From Opitutales bacterium (GTDB lineage: Bacteria; Verrucomicrobiota; Verrucomicrobiia; Opitutales; UBA2987), in contig CBDDEL010000013.1 of the NCBI GenBank assembly GCA_965226885.1, positions 128,001 through 192,000 of the forward strand: a DNA stretch of 64,000 nucleotides, in the 5' to 3' direction. The notes beneath the pieces were generated by a model. That model did no database searches. It had not been told where the DNA came from and was given only the letters and a program-made list of their open reading frames with translations. Shown here piece after piece: positions 1-10,061 of the stretch. The position numbers were made by a program, and so were the translations under genes. How positions within the stretch are numbered: the first letter of the stretch is position 1; every line of letters begins with the position of its first letter.

Positions 1-402
1 GTATAAAAACACTATAGGATTTTTCCTTCTGTCTGCAATCAAAATGGAGCCAGAGCCGTCACTCAACGAGGATAACGTTACAACCGGTACCGATTTTGTA
101 TTAAACAACTCTATCGCTCCATCGTATAATTTCGTTGAGCCAATATCCAAAATCATTGTGTTATTTTTATTAAAAACACGAATTCTACCATTTTCCCCGT
201 CATCAACTGAATGGGAAATTGTTGTTCCTCCTCCCGAATTCAATATGTCCAATCGTTTCGTTCGTAGTTGACTATAAGTTAAGAAAAACGGGGCAAGCGC
301 AACCCAAGCGCAGATAATAATTGCAAAAACGATAGCACTTCGTTTAAGTGCAGAATATTCTGACCGTAATTCAGCTATTTTTTTTGAATCGCTATTGCTC
401 AT
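1..402 (-). CDS. Hypothetical membrane-anchored protein, runs off the window's left end (island cargo)
   Basis: Read by hand (not in the ORF track): ATG at 402, MSNSDSKKIAELRSEYSALKRSAIVFAIIICAWVALAPFFLTYSQLRTKRLDILNSGGG..., open to base 1, with one N-terminal hydrophobic helix. Confidence 0.6.
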   Translation of the reverse strand, partial: MSNSDSKKIAELRSEYSALKRSAIVFAIIICAWVALAPFFLTYSQLRTKRLDILNSGGGTTISHSVDDGENGRIRVFNKNNTMILDIGSTKLYDGAIELFNTKSVPVVTLSSLSDGSGSILIADRRKNPIVFLY

Positions 403-437
403 CGGATTTCCTTTGTTTGAAATTTGTTTGTTAATTA

Positions 438-2265
438 GAGGCTGTCCCAAAAGGGTGATTTTTGCGAGGGCTTTTGATAGGCGCTCATTTTAGAGGTATT
501 TGCATTTGGGAGAGTATCAACTTTGCTCTCCTATGACGTTAGGATACTGGTTTTGGGGTCCGGTTGCCTGGTTTTCTTTGTATGAGCCGACAGTACGGCT
601 GTGAAAAAGTATTGTCCTTGCTTTTCCGCTCTCTAGGCCGCCGCTTTGGTTTTTAGTTCGTCTTGCTGGGCCAGCATCTTGGCTACTTTCCATAGGTTGT
701 GCGAGAGTACCGACCAGGCTACGCTGATCGAGCGGTTGGCAAAGCCTTTGCTGCGCAACCGCCCGGCCTGCCAGCGATTCTTCAATACCCCGATCCGCCC
801 TTCGGTGCTGGCCCGGCGCTTTTGCAATTGTCTGAACAGTGGTTCCTCCATCCGTTTTTTCAACTGCTTCGGATCGCGTGGACAGAGCGCGTCGTAGATT
901 CCCTCCTGGGCTAACTGCCGGCGGGCCCGCTGGGAGGCAAATCCCCGGTCCGCGCACATGGCCGCTATGGGTTCTTCCAGGTTGAAGCGGTTCTGTCTTT
1001 GCAAACTCTCTTGCATTTGTTCATTTTCGCTTGGAGTTCGGCTGCCGTAGAGTTTCCAGTCCAGCAGGTACCCTTCAACGCTTTCTCCCAAAAACAGGGT
1101 GTTGCCGAACTCGACCTCTTGGCCCGCTTTACCTCGCACAATCACCTGCACATCGAGTTCGTAAACACTCAAGACTTTCTCTGCGTTTTTCACCTGCCGG
1201 CCGCCAATGATCCGCTCGTGCGCCTGTTTGATGACCACCGGGATTTGCTCGCTCATGCGCTCCATCCGGGCGAGGATCTGTTGGACCTGTTTTTCGCTGT
1301 AATCGCTTTGCTCCCAGCAGGCTTGCAATAATTCCCGGTGACTGCGGGCATGCTCCCCGATCCGTTTGAGCAGCTTTTTCATCTGCCTCAAGATACCCTT
1401 GCGCTGCCGCGCGCTGTCCTTTCGCCGCCGGCTGTGGGTCATCTGTATGCACAGCCGATTCATCTGCCGAGCCAAGGGCTCCGGTTCGATCGGCATGCGA
1501 TGGCGCACACCGGCCTTCTCGCGGATCAGCCGGATCGCTTTGAGCAACGTGCCGGCTACATCCTTGAGTAATACCCAGTCCGTCGGCCAATGAATGTTAG
1601 CCTCCAAACAGGTGCCGTCGATCAGGCAAATGGTGGTGTCAATCGGCTTGTCCAATCCCACCTGCCGGGCCAGAAGGGCATCGCCCACCACCTCAGTCAA
1701 GGTCCGGTGCAAGGCCCTCAACTGCTCTTCGCTGAAAAACTTCGAGGCCCGCTCCAGGGTGCTTTTGGAGATGCCCCTGATGCCATCGATCTGCCGGACA
1801 CGGCAAAAGTCGGCCAACAGATCGCTGCTGCCCAGAGCCCGCGACAAATGCCGAAACGAAATCCCTCCGAGCAGACGGCCCAGCGTATCCATGCGCAGTG
1901 CCTTGATGGCAAAACTGGCCCGCTGCCGCCGGGCCTTTAGACCCATTGGCGGCCACCCCTCCAAGGCCAGCTCAATGGCCTGCGATTCCACCTCCGAGTC
2001 GATCAGCAGCCGATCGATTCGATCAATGGTGGCGCGGAAGTTATCGTAATCGAGGCACCGGTCGACCACAGTTAAAGCTGGACGCAGGAGGCATTGGATG
2101 GCTATATTTTTCATAGAAAGGGCATAGAAAGGGCTATATTGATTTTCGCTAACTCAATTATAGAACCCTTTTTTGGCCGGATCGAGCAAAAACTTGCTCT
2201 TTCCGGCTCTTTTTATCAACGTCATCCAGTTGACTATAAAATCTTTATATTTTTGGGACAGCCTC
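438..2265 (-). mobile_element. IS5-like insertion sequence, copy 1 (1828 bp)
   Basis: Terminal inverted repeats GAGGCTGTCCCAAAA / TTTTGGGACAGCCTC, flanked by TA on both sides. Near-identical copy at 31954-35356. Confidence 0.9.
633..2114 (-). CDS. DDE transposase, IS5-like/ISNCY type, 493 aa
   Basis: Motifs DGTCLEANIHWPTD, RGKAGQEVEFG, ADRGF and R..TEGRI; lies inside the TIRs. Confidence 0.88.
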   Translation of the reverse strand: MKNIAIQCLLRPALTVVDRCLDYDNFRATIDRIDRLLIDSEVESQAIELALEGWPPMGLKARRQRASFAIKALRMDTLGRLLGGISFRHLSRALGSSDLLADFCRVRQIDGIRGISKSTLERASKFFSEEQLRALHRTLTEVVGDALLARQVGLDKPIDTTICLIDGTCLEANIHWPTDWVLLKDVAGTLLKAIRLIREKAGVRHRMPIEPEPLARQMNRLCIQMTHSRRRKDSARQRKGILRQMKKLLKRIGEHARSHRELLQACWEQSDYSEKQVQQILARMERMSEQIPVVIKQAHERIIGGRQVKNAEKVLSVYELDVQVIVRGKAGQEVEFGNTLFLGESVEGYLLDWKLYGSRTPSENEQMQESLQRQNRFNLEEPIAAMCADRGFASQRARRQLAQEGIYDALCPRDPKQLKKRMEEPLFRQLQKRRASTEGRIGVLKNRWQAGRLRSKGFANRSISVAWSVLSHNLWKVAKMLAQQDELKTKAAA

Positions 2266-2428
2266 TAGGATAGCAATGCTCCGGGATCGGATAATCCCAG
2301 TAAAAGCATTATTTTACTTTTTTCTGGATTTCCCGGAAAAATCGGTTTTTACTCTTTTACTCTTTTTGCTGTATTAAAGAAAAAACCAAATTTTTTCGGG
2401 GGAGTTGCTGGCGACGGGAGCCCTCTTT

Positions 2429-2638
2429 TTATTTGTAAATTGCTGGTTCCTCCAATCTTTTCATGGCGTCTATAAGCGCGGTTCTGCGGTATAGGCGGCG
2501 CTTCCCCAGCTTGATTTCTGGGATCAGCTTTCGGTTCACGTAGTTTATGAAACCCTTCGGGGAAACGCCGATGAATTTCGCGGCTTGTGGTCTCCCCATG
2601 ATTTCTGGGACGGTTTGTATTTCAGCGTTCATTATCAA
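2429..2638 (-). CDS. Excisionase-like helix-turn-helix protein (HTH_17 type)
   Basis: QAAKFIGVSPK...NRKLIPEIKLGKRRLYRR pattern; same strand as, and downstream of, the integrase. Confidence 0.75.
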   Translation of the reverse strand: MIMNAEIQTVPEIMGRPQAAKFIGVSPKGFINYVNRKLIPEIKLGKRRLYRRTALIDAMKRLEEPAIYK

Positions 2639-2936
2639 CTGTATTTTGTCCTTTCTGTTCAGGTTCTTATTTGCTTATTCTGGGAGCAGCTACAAAATCC
2701 TACTCATAGTTTAGTCATAATGCTGGGCCCCAGTAAACCACCGCCAAGAAGGAACTTTGAGGATTTGCTTTCTTTTTATAATTACGGATAATTACGGCTA
2801 AAAACGTTAGCAATGGAGGACGATAACTATCTTATTATTAAAGTATTATGACATCTATCCCTTCTTTCGTGCAAAAGTGCAAAAGCGGGAGGTCCAACCC
2901 ATTCACAAAATCGGGCATTTTTTTACAAACAATGTC

Positions 2937-3409
2937 TTATTGGCAATTTGTGAATTCCCCCAGAACGAAATCCTTCAAGTCCATCTGCGGCGGCATTTTG
3001 GGACCGATGCCGATGCGGTAGCGGACAAAATCCTCCTCAAAGTAATCTAATACGTCCTCCAGGCCATTATTGTCTCCTGCCCCGCCGCCCACGGAAATTT
3101 TTACTCTCCCCAGATCGATCTGAATTTCGTCGCACGCCACCACCAAATCCACAGCGCAAATTTTATAATACCGGCAAACCGCTCCCAGGGGGCCGCCGTT
3201 GTCGTTCATATAGGTTGTGGGAACGACCAGGAGAACGCCTCTACCCTCGACTTCACAGCGGGCGACCCGGGCCTTCCAGCGCGATTCCTCCTTGAACTCC
3301 GCCCTCAACCGGTCAGCGCCGAAGCCTCCACCGCCGCACGTCCAATATTATGACGAGTGTGGCGGTATTTCAAACCGGGATTTCCCAAACCCGCGATGAG
3401 TGATATCAG
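2937..3409 (-). pseudogene. pth: Peptidyl-tRNA hydrolase remnant
   Basis: IAGLGNPGLKYRHTRHNIG lies in one frame (3409-~3320), then a frameshift into PTTYMN...RYRIGIG...DFVLGEF. GGHNG is changed to GDNNG, the C-terminus is truncated, and there is no in-frame start codon. Confidence 0.8.
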
Positions 3410-3464
3410 ATAATTGGGACACCCCCTAGAAAACTAGCAAATCTGTCGCCATGCCTATGTTCCA

Positions 3465-4769
3465 CTACCCAACAACCTTGGGAAACGCCACTAGCTTGCC
3501 GTCGATGCTCGCTGGGGTAATGGCAAAATATCTTTCGCCGTCCTTTTTGGTAGCGAGGGAGCGGTAGTGGTCAAAAAGAACTTGATCATCTCCTCGATGG
3601 CCCAGGAGAGCCGCCGTCCTTTGGGCATCCTGGGTTTTTGCGAACATATACGAACCGAATGAATGCCTCATCGAGTTCGTATGAGTCCCCTTCCAATCGG
3701 GGAAGCCCGCTAACACGCCCAGGACTTTGAATTTTTTCAATGCACCCGGAGGTGCAATTTTACCGGCTTTTCTTTCGACCAGGCGAAGCCATTGAAGGCA
3801 ATTTTCTTCCAGGTCGATATTCCTGAGCCGCCTTTTCTTGGCAATGGTGTGCGGGATGGTGGCTAATGTGTGCGGGATGGTGGCTAATTTCCTATCAAGG
3901 CTGATATGCCTCCAATCCAATTGGTTCAATTCACTTGAACGTATTCCGGCGAACAGGCCCAGGGCAACGTATGGTAGGAGTCCAAGGCCGGAAGGCTTTT
4001 CATTGCCCTTGTAATGCGTCTTGTGGGCCGTTCTGATAAGCCTTTGGGCTTCCTGTATGGTGAGAACGCAGGGTGGAATCCAATCCTCCTTTGGGATGGG
4101 GATTTTGTTTACGGGGTTGAGTGAAAGATACCCCTGGCCGATGGCATAATTAAAAAATGTGGACACACTGAGCCGGTAGTTTTTGCGACTCCTGGCGGAA
4201 AGCAATTGCATCCCCTTGAGCCAACCCTTGATCTCCTTTTGGGATATGTCCTTTACTTGGCTGTGCCCGAATGTGTTGGCAAATATGCCGAGCCGTGATC
4301 TAAGGTCTCTGAGGGAGCGTTCCCGCAGGTTCATGGTGGCTTTTTCCTCAAGGAATTGGGTGAGTAGGTCTTGAACCGTGATCTCCCCGGCTGGCGGTTT
4401 CAGATGCTTTACTGCGAATCTGGCCGCGCTGATAAGGCTGATCTCAGTTCCCTGTAGGATGTTGATGGCTTGTAAAGCTTCCTCCCTTTGGGGTGAGGTG
4501 AGGGCAAAGTGCCGTTCCCCGTATTGTTGTTTGCCGCTGAATTCCTGCTCCGCAAATTTGAAAGCGGCTTCTTTGGTGGGAAATTGCCGAAGTATCCTTT
4601 TTGTGCCTGAAACCCGCCTTGGAATGCAAACACGGTAGGAGCCGTTGTAATCCTTCCCAAGTGTCCGGTTGATAATCTCCCCAATAGTTATCTTACTTCC
4701 TTTGGGAAACTCCCAAACCTTCAGATTGGGATGTTTTTTCCTGTTATCATTCCTTGCCGTCATAGGCAT
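3465..4769 (-). CDS. Tyrosine recombinase / phage-type integrase
   Basis: GIRSSEL, SMRHSFGSY, LLGH and FDHY catalytic boxes; starts 125 bp from the tRNA 3' end. Confidence 0.9.
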   Translation of the reverse strand: MPMTARNDNRKKHPNLKVWEFPKGSKITIGEIINRTLGKDYNGSYRVCIPRRVSGTKRILRQFPTKEAAFKFAEQEFSGKQQYGERHFALTSPQREEALQAINILQGTEISLISAARFAVKHLKPPAGEITVQDLLTQFLEEKATMNLRERSLRDLRSRLGIFANTFGHSQVKDISQKEIKGWLKGMQLLSARSRKNYRLSVSTFFNYAIGQGYLSLNPVNKIPIPKEDWIPPCVLTIQEAQRLIRTAHKTHYKGNEKPSGLGLLPYVALGLFAGIRSSELNQLDWRHISLDRKLATIPHTLATIPHTIAKKRRLRNIDLEENCLQWLRLVERKAGKIAPPGALKKFKVLGVLAGFPDWKGTHTNSMRHSFGSYMFAKTQDAQRTAALLGHRGDDQVLFDHYRSLATKKDGERYFAITPASIDGKLVAFPKVVG

Positions 4770-4893
4770 TACTATGCCCTAAGATACCAGAAAAGCAAGG
4801 ATTATTTAAAGGAATTGTAAGGAGATTAAATATAAGAATAAGGAAATATATACATAACATATTGGATATAAATAATTTAACAGCTCTATAAAA

Positions 4894-4971
4894 TGGGGTG
4901 GCTGACGGGATTTGAACCCGCGACCCCCGGGACCACAACCCGGTACTCTAACCAACTGAGCTACAACCACC
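4894..4971 (-). tRNA. tRNA-His (GTG)
   Basis: Reverse complement GGTGGTTGTAGCTCAGTTGGTTAGAGTACCGGGTTGTGGTCCCGGGGGTCGCGGGTTCAAATCCCGTCAGCCACCCCA: anticodon GTG, G-1 base, encoded CCA. Confidence 0.95.
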
Positions 4972-5186
4972 ATTTGCTGCCTGCATTTCTATGCCTCGAG
5001 TCGTATGGTCGAGGAATAGTGTGAGGGGAATGTAATCAAGCGTTTCCCGGCCGGTTGTCAATACCTTCTCTGGATTTCATGATTAATGCGAATGGTGGTG
5101 GGTTTCCGCTTGCCGGTGGTTTTTATAGTGTTGAAATTGAAACGGAATCAGGTCCATTGAAATTTTTAATTTCATTTAATTTCATT

Positions 5187-5945
5187 ATGTGCGGAAGATA
5201 CACTTTAACGGCAAAGCGGGAGGAGCTGGCGCGAAAATTTTTGCTCAAGCCTGTCCGGCAGGAGGTTTTGCAGGATTTTAAGCCCCGCTTCAATATCGCG
5301 CCGAGCCAGCAGGTGGTGGCCATTTTGGAGGATGGCGAAAGTGACATTGAACGGGTGGCATGCCGGCGCAGGTGGGGGCTTGTGCCGTTTTGGGCCAAGG
5401 ATTTGAATAGTGGCTACAAAATGTTCAATGCCCGCAGTGAAACGGCGGCTGAAAAACCGGCTTTTCGGAATGCGGTCAAAAACCGGCGGTGTATTTTACC
5501 GGCCAGCGGTTTCTTCGAATGGCAGCGTGGAGATGGGCAAAAACCAAAAACGCCTTACTTTTTCTATCCCATTGACGGAGAGCCTCTTGCCATGGCCGGA
5601 TTGTGGGAAACTTGGAAGGATCCGGGGTCGGGCCCCGAAGGCAAGACTGTCAAGTCCTGCTGCATTTTGACGACCGGACCCAATTCAGTGATGGCGCCGA
5701 TTCACGACCGCATGCCGGTTTTTTTGGAAGAAAAGGATTTCGATTGCTGGTTAGACAGGAAAATGACCACACCGGAAAAGCTGAAGCCATTGTTCAAATC
5801 GTGCCGGGAGGATTTGTTGGGGCGCCGCCCGATTTCCACATTGGTCAACAGCGCCAAAAACGACGGTCCGGAAATTCTGGCGGAAATCGATCCGAAGACC
5901 GGCTATTTTGTTGAAGAACCCGACTTTGGAGATTTGTTCAAATAA
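5187..5945 (+). CDS. SOS response-associated peptidase (SRAP/YedK/HMCES family)
   Basis: Begins MCGRY (catalytic Cys2); RFNIAPSQ, NARSET, GFFEW and IHDRMP motifs. Start moved from 5055 to the ATG at 5187. Confidence 0.92.
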   Translation: MCGRYTLTAKREELARKFLLKPVRQEVLQDFKPRFNIAPSQQVVAILEDGESDIERVACRRRWGLVPFWAKDLNSGYKMFNARSETAAEKPAFRNAVKNRRCILPASGFFEWQRGDGQKPKTPYFFYPIDGEPLAMAGLWETWKDPGSGPEGKTVKSCCILTTGPNSVMAPIHDRMPVFLEEKDFDCWLDRKMTTPEKLKPLFKSCREDLLGRRPISTLVNSAKNDGPEILAEIDPKTGYFVEEPDFGDLFK

Positions 5946-6045
5946 ATCTGATTCAGGTCGCAAACAGCAGACTTGAAATTCTTTTGATTAGTTTGATAGC
6001 CTCAGTGCCTTGTGCCTTAATAAATTTTGGAACCACCCTATTGCC

Positions 6046-6264
6046 ATGCCTATCTACGAGTATCAGTGTGAGGATTGCGGCCATACCTTTGAAAAATTGG
6101 TGCGCTCTTCAACCAATTCCCAATGTCCGCAATGCCAAAGCAAAAACCTGGAAAAGATGTTTTCCACCTTTGCCGCCGGCGCCAGCTCGAGCGGCGGAGC
6201 TTCGGAATCCATGCCCGAATGCCGAACCTGTGGCATTCCTGGGGGACCATGCGGATTAAATTAA
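6046..6264 (+). CDS. FmdB-family zinc-ribbon protein
   Basis: MPIYEYQCEDCG...CPQCQS. Confidence 0.85.
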   Translation: MPIYEYQCEDCGHTFEKLVRSSTNSQCPQCQSKNLEKMFSTFAAGASSSGGASESMPECRTCGIPGGPCGLN

Positions 6265-7244
6265 ACCTCTTGCCAGGGAATTTGGCCGGAATCCTAAGAG
6301 GCTTGGCTTTTATTGGTTTGCTGGCGGGCCCAGTATCTTCCCTGATTGGCAAGGAACCTTCTTCACCGGTCAAAGAAACAGCGGCAGCGGCCGCGGCCCA
6401 TACCGCGAATAAAAATTCTGGTCAGGCCGAAGAAAACATTTCGTTTTCCGAGAAAAAACTCCTCGCCGTTGTTGCAAAACAGGAAGAGCTTTTGGCCCGA
6501 TACTCCGTCAAAAAGGAGTTGAGCCAATACGATATGGAAGATTTGCGATTTCGAGCCCGAAACCTGACTCAAGAATACGAATCCATCATAGCCGAATCCC
6601 CCGAGGACTTGATGCCCTACCTCCTCTATGGTAAATTTCTTAACCGGATCGGCCAGCAGGAGCACGCCGTGCGAATGTTTCTCAAAGCGGACGAGATTGA
6701 TCGCGGCGTGGCCGTGGTGAAACAGCAAATTGGTAATTACCTGGCCGAGATGGGGAAGTTCGAGGAGGCTCTCGGTTTTTTTATCCAGGCCATTTTGCTT
6801 AGCCCGGAAACGGCCCTATACCATTACCAGATGGCTGAACTGTTGAGTGTTTACAAGGAGAGTTTCATTGAGGAAAGAGTCTATTTCCGGGATGTTTTGG
6901 AATATGAAATGATGAAGTCTTTTTCCCAGGCGGTGCAGCTAGATCCCAAAAACCAGGATTTCAAAATGCGCTACGCCGAGAGCATCTATGACCTGGAAAA
7001 ACCCGATTGGGAACTGGCCTTGAGTTTGTGGGAGGAATTGCAGGAATCGGCCAGGACTTCTTTGATGAGGGAAGCGGCCAGCCTTCATCGGGCCAAAGTC
7101 ATCTCCAAGCTGGATCGCACCGAGGAGGCCAAGTCTCTGGCCGAGGCCGTCACCGATCCGGCATTAATCAACAGCCGCGACGAGCTTTTGGCGGAAATAC
7201 AGGCAATGGCTAAAGATAAACCTGAGGAAGTTGTTGTAAAATAG
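6249..7244 (+). CDS. TPR-repeat protein, probably exported
   Basis: N-terminal hydrophobic segment followed by TPR-like helices (YLLYGKFL, IGNYLAEMGKFEEAL). Confidence 0.7.
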   Translation: MRIKLNLLPGNLAGILRGLAFIGLLAGPVSSLIGKEPSSPVKETAAAAAAHTANKNSGQAEENISFSEKKLLAVVAKQEELLARYSVKKELSQYDMEDLRFRARNLTQEYESIIAESPEDLMPYLLYGKFLNRIGQQEHAVRMFLKADEIDRGVAVVKQQIGNYLAEMGKFEEALGFFIQAILLSPETALYHYQMAELLSVYKESFIEERVYFRDVLEYEMMKSFSQAVQLDPKNQDFKMRYAESIYDLEKPDWELALSLWEELQESARTSLMREAASLHRAKVISKLDRTEEAKSLAEAVTDPALINSRDELLAEIQAMAKDKPEEVVVK

Positions 7245-7246
7245 CG

Positions 7247-8164
7247 ATGAGACGAATCGGAATAATCGAAAACGAAAAAGAAGCCCGCAAATTCGGGGAT
7301 TATCTTTTCACGCTGGGTTACGAAAACCGGGTGGACGACTTCGACCACGGCTGGGCGGTCTGGATTGAGGACGAAGACAAGATCGAGGCGGCTGGTGTGG
7401 AAATCCGGGAGTTCATTAAAGATCCTGACAATCCCAAATTCAGCGGGGCAGAAGAGTCGGCTTCAAAAATACGCAAAAAAGTCCATCGGGAAGAAAAGCG
7501 GTGGCGGGGCATGCAAAAGGACCTGCGGGCGACATTCCACCAGATGGCCGGGATGCCACCGAAAGTGACTATGGCTATGATAATCATCAGCCTGGCGGTG
7601 GCTTTGCTGACAAAACTCGGTCAAGACAAAGCGGGCTCGGTTATGGCGTTGTTTTCCATCGCAACTTATGTTTTCGACGGTTTTTACATCAAATGGGAAG
7701 GCTTGAGCCAACTGGCCAGCGGCCAGATCTGGCGGTTGTTTACGCCCATGTTTATACACTTCGGAATGATACACCTCCTTTTTAATATGCTCTGGCTGCA
7801 CGATTTGGGGCGAATGATCGAGAGCCGTAAGGGGCATAAGTTTTTCATCTGGATGGTTCTGGCCGTAGCGGGTTTTTCCAATTTAGCCCAATATTTCACT
7901 AGCGGCCCAAATTTCGGAGGAATGTCCGGGGTGGTATACGGTTTGCTGGGATATGTCTGGATGAAAATGAAATTCCAGCCCGAGGAAGGTCTCTTCATCA
8001 GTTCGACCATTTTGTGGTTTATGATGGGTTGGCTGGTGCTTTGTTTTACCGGGGCGCTGGGCGCGGTTGCAAATACCGTCCACACCGTTGGCTTAGTGGT
8101 GGGACTCATTTTTGGCTACTTCCCAACGGCCCGTCAAAAGTGGCGGCGCGCCCGGCGCGGATAG
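7247..8164 (+). CDS. glpG: Rhomboid intramembrane serine protease (GlpG-like)
   Basis: WRLFTPMFIHFG, HLLFN, GMSGVVYG (catalytic Ser) and ANTVH (catalytic His); N-terminal soluble domain. Confidence 0.88.
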   Translation: MRRIGIIENEKEARKFGDYLFTLGYENRVDDFDHGWAVWIEDEDKIEAAGVEIREFIKDPDNPKFSGAEESASKIRKKVHREEKRWRGMQKDLRATFHQMAGMPPKVTMAMIIISLAVALLTKLGQDKAGSVMALFSIATYVFDGFYIKWEGLSQLASGQIWRLFTPMFIHFGMIHLLFNMLWLHDLGRMIESRKGHKFFIWMVLAVAGFSNLAQYFTSGPNFGGMSGVVYGLLGYVWMKMKFQPEEGLFISSTILWFMMGWLVLCFTGALGAVANTVHTVGLVVGLIFGYFPTARQKWRRARRG

Positions 8165-8181
8165 TTCTTACCTTGCCTTGA

Positions 8182-8616
8182 CTAACCGGAAAAGGATTCA
8201 GGTAAAATGAAAGTTCGTCTGGCCAGGCTGGAAAATAGAACTTCCGTCCGGTAATATCGGCTCAAGATGGAGTCCTGCCAGTTCAACAAATCGGAATTTT
8301 CTTCGGCAAACGTTTCCCAATCCATATTTCTATCGGGAGATGATTCCATCCGCTCTTCAACCAAAAATATGAAAGCCCAGGTGATGGTTTCGTGGTAGAG
8401 GTTCTCTTTGCCGTTGGCTCGGGCGAAGTTTTCTATGCCCCGCGAATACCGCGTCAGCGTCTCGGGAACGGTATAATTTTGCAAATACAGCCAGGACAGC
8501 CAGGCCAAACGGATATGGTCCCGATGGCGAAAATTCTCCGGGGCAAGCGTAGCATCCTCGAAGGCTCGAATGAATGCCTCGTCTTCATCCACGATAGTAT
8601 TTGTTGCGCAAATCAT
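8182..8616 (-). CDS. Conserved-looking hypothetical protein
   Basis: FRHRDHIRLAW and YHETITWAF motifs; probably co-transcribed with the upstream small gene. Confidence 0.65.
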   Translation of the reverse strand: MICATNTIVDEDEAFIRAFEDATLAPENFRHRDHIRLAWLSWLYLQNYTVPETLTRYSRGIENFARANGKENLYHETITWAFIFLVEERMESSPDRNMDWETFAEENSDLLNWQDSILSRYYRTEVLFSSLARRTFILPESFSG

Positions 8617-8664
8617 AGAAATACCTCCCTCCGTGGTTAAAAAATGAATTCAATTCGAGCAAGT

Positions 8665-8937
8665 TCACGACTCCTTTTCCAGAAGGCGGTGGCTAGCCTC
8701 CGAGCCGAGGTCCAGGCCGTAGATGCGCTTGAGGTCCGCGATTAGCTTCTGGGATTCATCGCCAAAAGGGCATTTCCCCTCGAAAACGTGCAAAATGATG
8801 CCCTCCAGCAGATCACCCAAGGTCATGTCATAATATTCCGCCAAAGCTTTTAGTACCTTCAGAATCCGTTTTTCAACGCGAATCCCGGTCTGCACACGTT
8901 CAACAATGAATTTCTCTTTTTTATCCGATTTTTTCAC
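8665..8937 (-). CDS. Small hypothetical protein, possibly a ribbon-helix-helix DNA binder
   Basis: VERVQTGIRVEKRILKVLKALAEYYDMTLGDLLEGI: a strand-helix-helix pattern. Confidence 0.65.
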   Translation of the reverse strand: MKKSDKKEKFIVERVQTGIRVEKRILKVLKALAEYYDMTLGDLLEGIILHVFEGKCPFGDESQKLIADLKRIYGLDLGSEASHRLLEKES

Positions 8938-9148
8938 AGCGATTTTATTGTTATTCAGTTATTAAAAGAGTATAAATATACATAAATACATATATATTTA
9001 ATAATGTCAAGCACGCGATGAAAAAAATATTCTCACAGAGAAACAGCGGCACAAAGATGAAAAGGGGGAATCTAAATGGATCCTTTTCCAAACCGCAGAT
9101 ATCTCTATTTTCTGCTTACCTAGGAAATGTAGCTATATAGAACCAAAC

Positions 9149-9973
9149 TCACGGGCTGTTGCCCCAGCGGAGTTTGGTTCTTACGAGGGTAAAGTGGGTG
9201 TAGCCTTTTTCCTGGATGAGGGGGAAGGTTTTTTTGGAGATGGTGATGGCGAGGGGAAATTCGCTCGAGGGGCAGTTCCAGGCTTTTCCGTCGATGCTCA
9301 CTTCTACCCGGCTCTGGCTTTCGTGCAGGCGGATTTGCAGGCGGGTGTCGTGATCGAAGATGACGCTGCGGTTGCTCAGGGTATGGGGGCAGATGGGCGT
9401 CATGGCGATGACTTTGGCCGCCGGGTGGACGAGGGGGCCGCCGGCGGAGAGGTTGTAGGCCGTCGATCCGGTCGGGGTGGCGAAAATAAGGCCGTCGCCA
9501 AAATAGTCGTTCACAACCTTTCCATCGGACAACACTTCCAGTTCCACCAGGCCGGGAGCGGCGCTTTTGATGACGATGTCGTTGAGGGCGATGGCAGCCC
9601 GGCCGCGTGAGTTGCGGCACTCCAGCATGGTGCGGGAGAATACGCGGTAATTTCCCTTGAGCAGCGAGGTGAACCGGGTTGGGGCTTCCTCTGCCGAGCA
9701 GGTGGCCAGGAATCCCAGTTTGCCCAGGTTGACGCCGATGACGGGAACCTGGTGGGCGACGGCTTGCTCGACAACCCCCAGGAGCGTGCCGTCCCCGCCG
9801 ATAACGCAGCAGGCTCCGGCCCCGCGCAGGAAGTTCCGGGGCAGGGGAAAGCGGGTGGTGAGCCGCGTGGCGACCCCCGCCTGGCGGGCCAGGGTTTTGA
9901 GGGAGTTGGCCAGCTCCGGCGCGCCGGGTTTGCCTTTGTTAACGACAAAGACGATGGACTGAATCGGTTTCAC
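9149..9973 (-). CDS. nadK: NAD(+) kinase
   Basis: GGDGT, GKLGFL, DGLIFATPTGSTAYNLSAGGP. Probable GTG start at 9973 (ORF is open to 10051). Confidence 0.93.
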   Translation of the reverse strand: MKPIQSIVFVVNKGKPGAPELANSLKTLARQAGVATRLTTRFPLPRNFLRGAGACCVIGGDGTLLGVVEQAVAHQVPVIGVNLGKLGFLATCSAEEAPTRFTSLLKGNYRVFSRTMLECRNSRGRAAIALNDIVIKSAAPGLVELEVLSDGKVVNDYFGDGLIFATPTGSTAYNLSAGGPLVHPAAKVIAMTPICPHTLSNRSVIFDHDTRLQIRLHESQSRVEVSIDGKAWNCPSSEFPLAITISKKTFPLIQEKGYTHFTLVRTKLRWGNSP

Positions 9974-10061
9974 GGCACTTTTATTAATTATTAAAAAATA
10001 GGCTCCAGGCCAAATGATTTTCTTAATTATTTCCCGTTTGGCAACTTTCAATATCCTGGCT

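Larger units (their letters stand above)
1..4893. mobile_element. Integrative element / genomic island remnant at tRNA-His (far boundary not in window)
   Basis: Integrase plus excisionase abut the tRNA 3' end; AT-rich patches; no second att copy seen in 1-4893. Confidence 0.7.
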
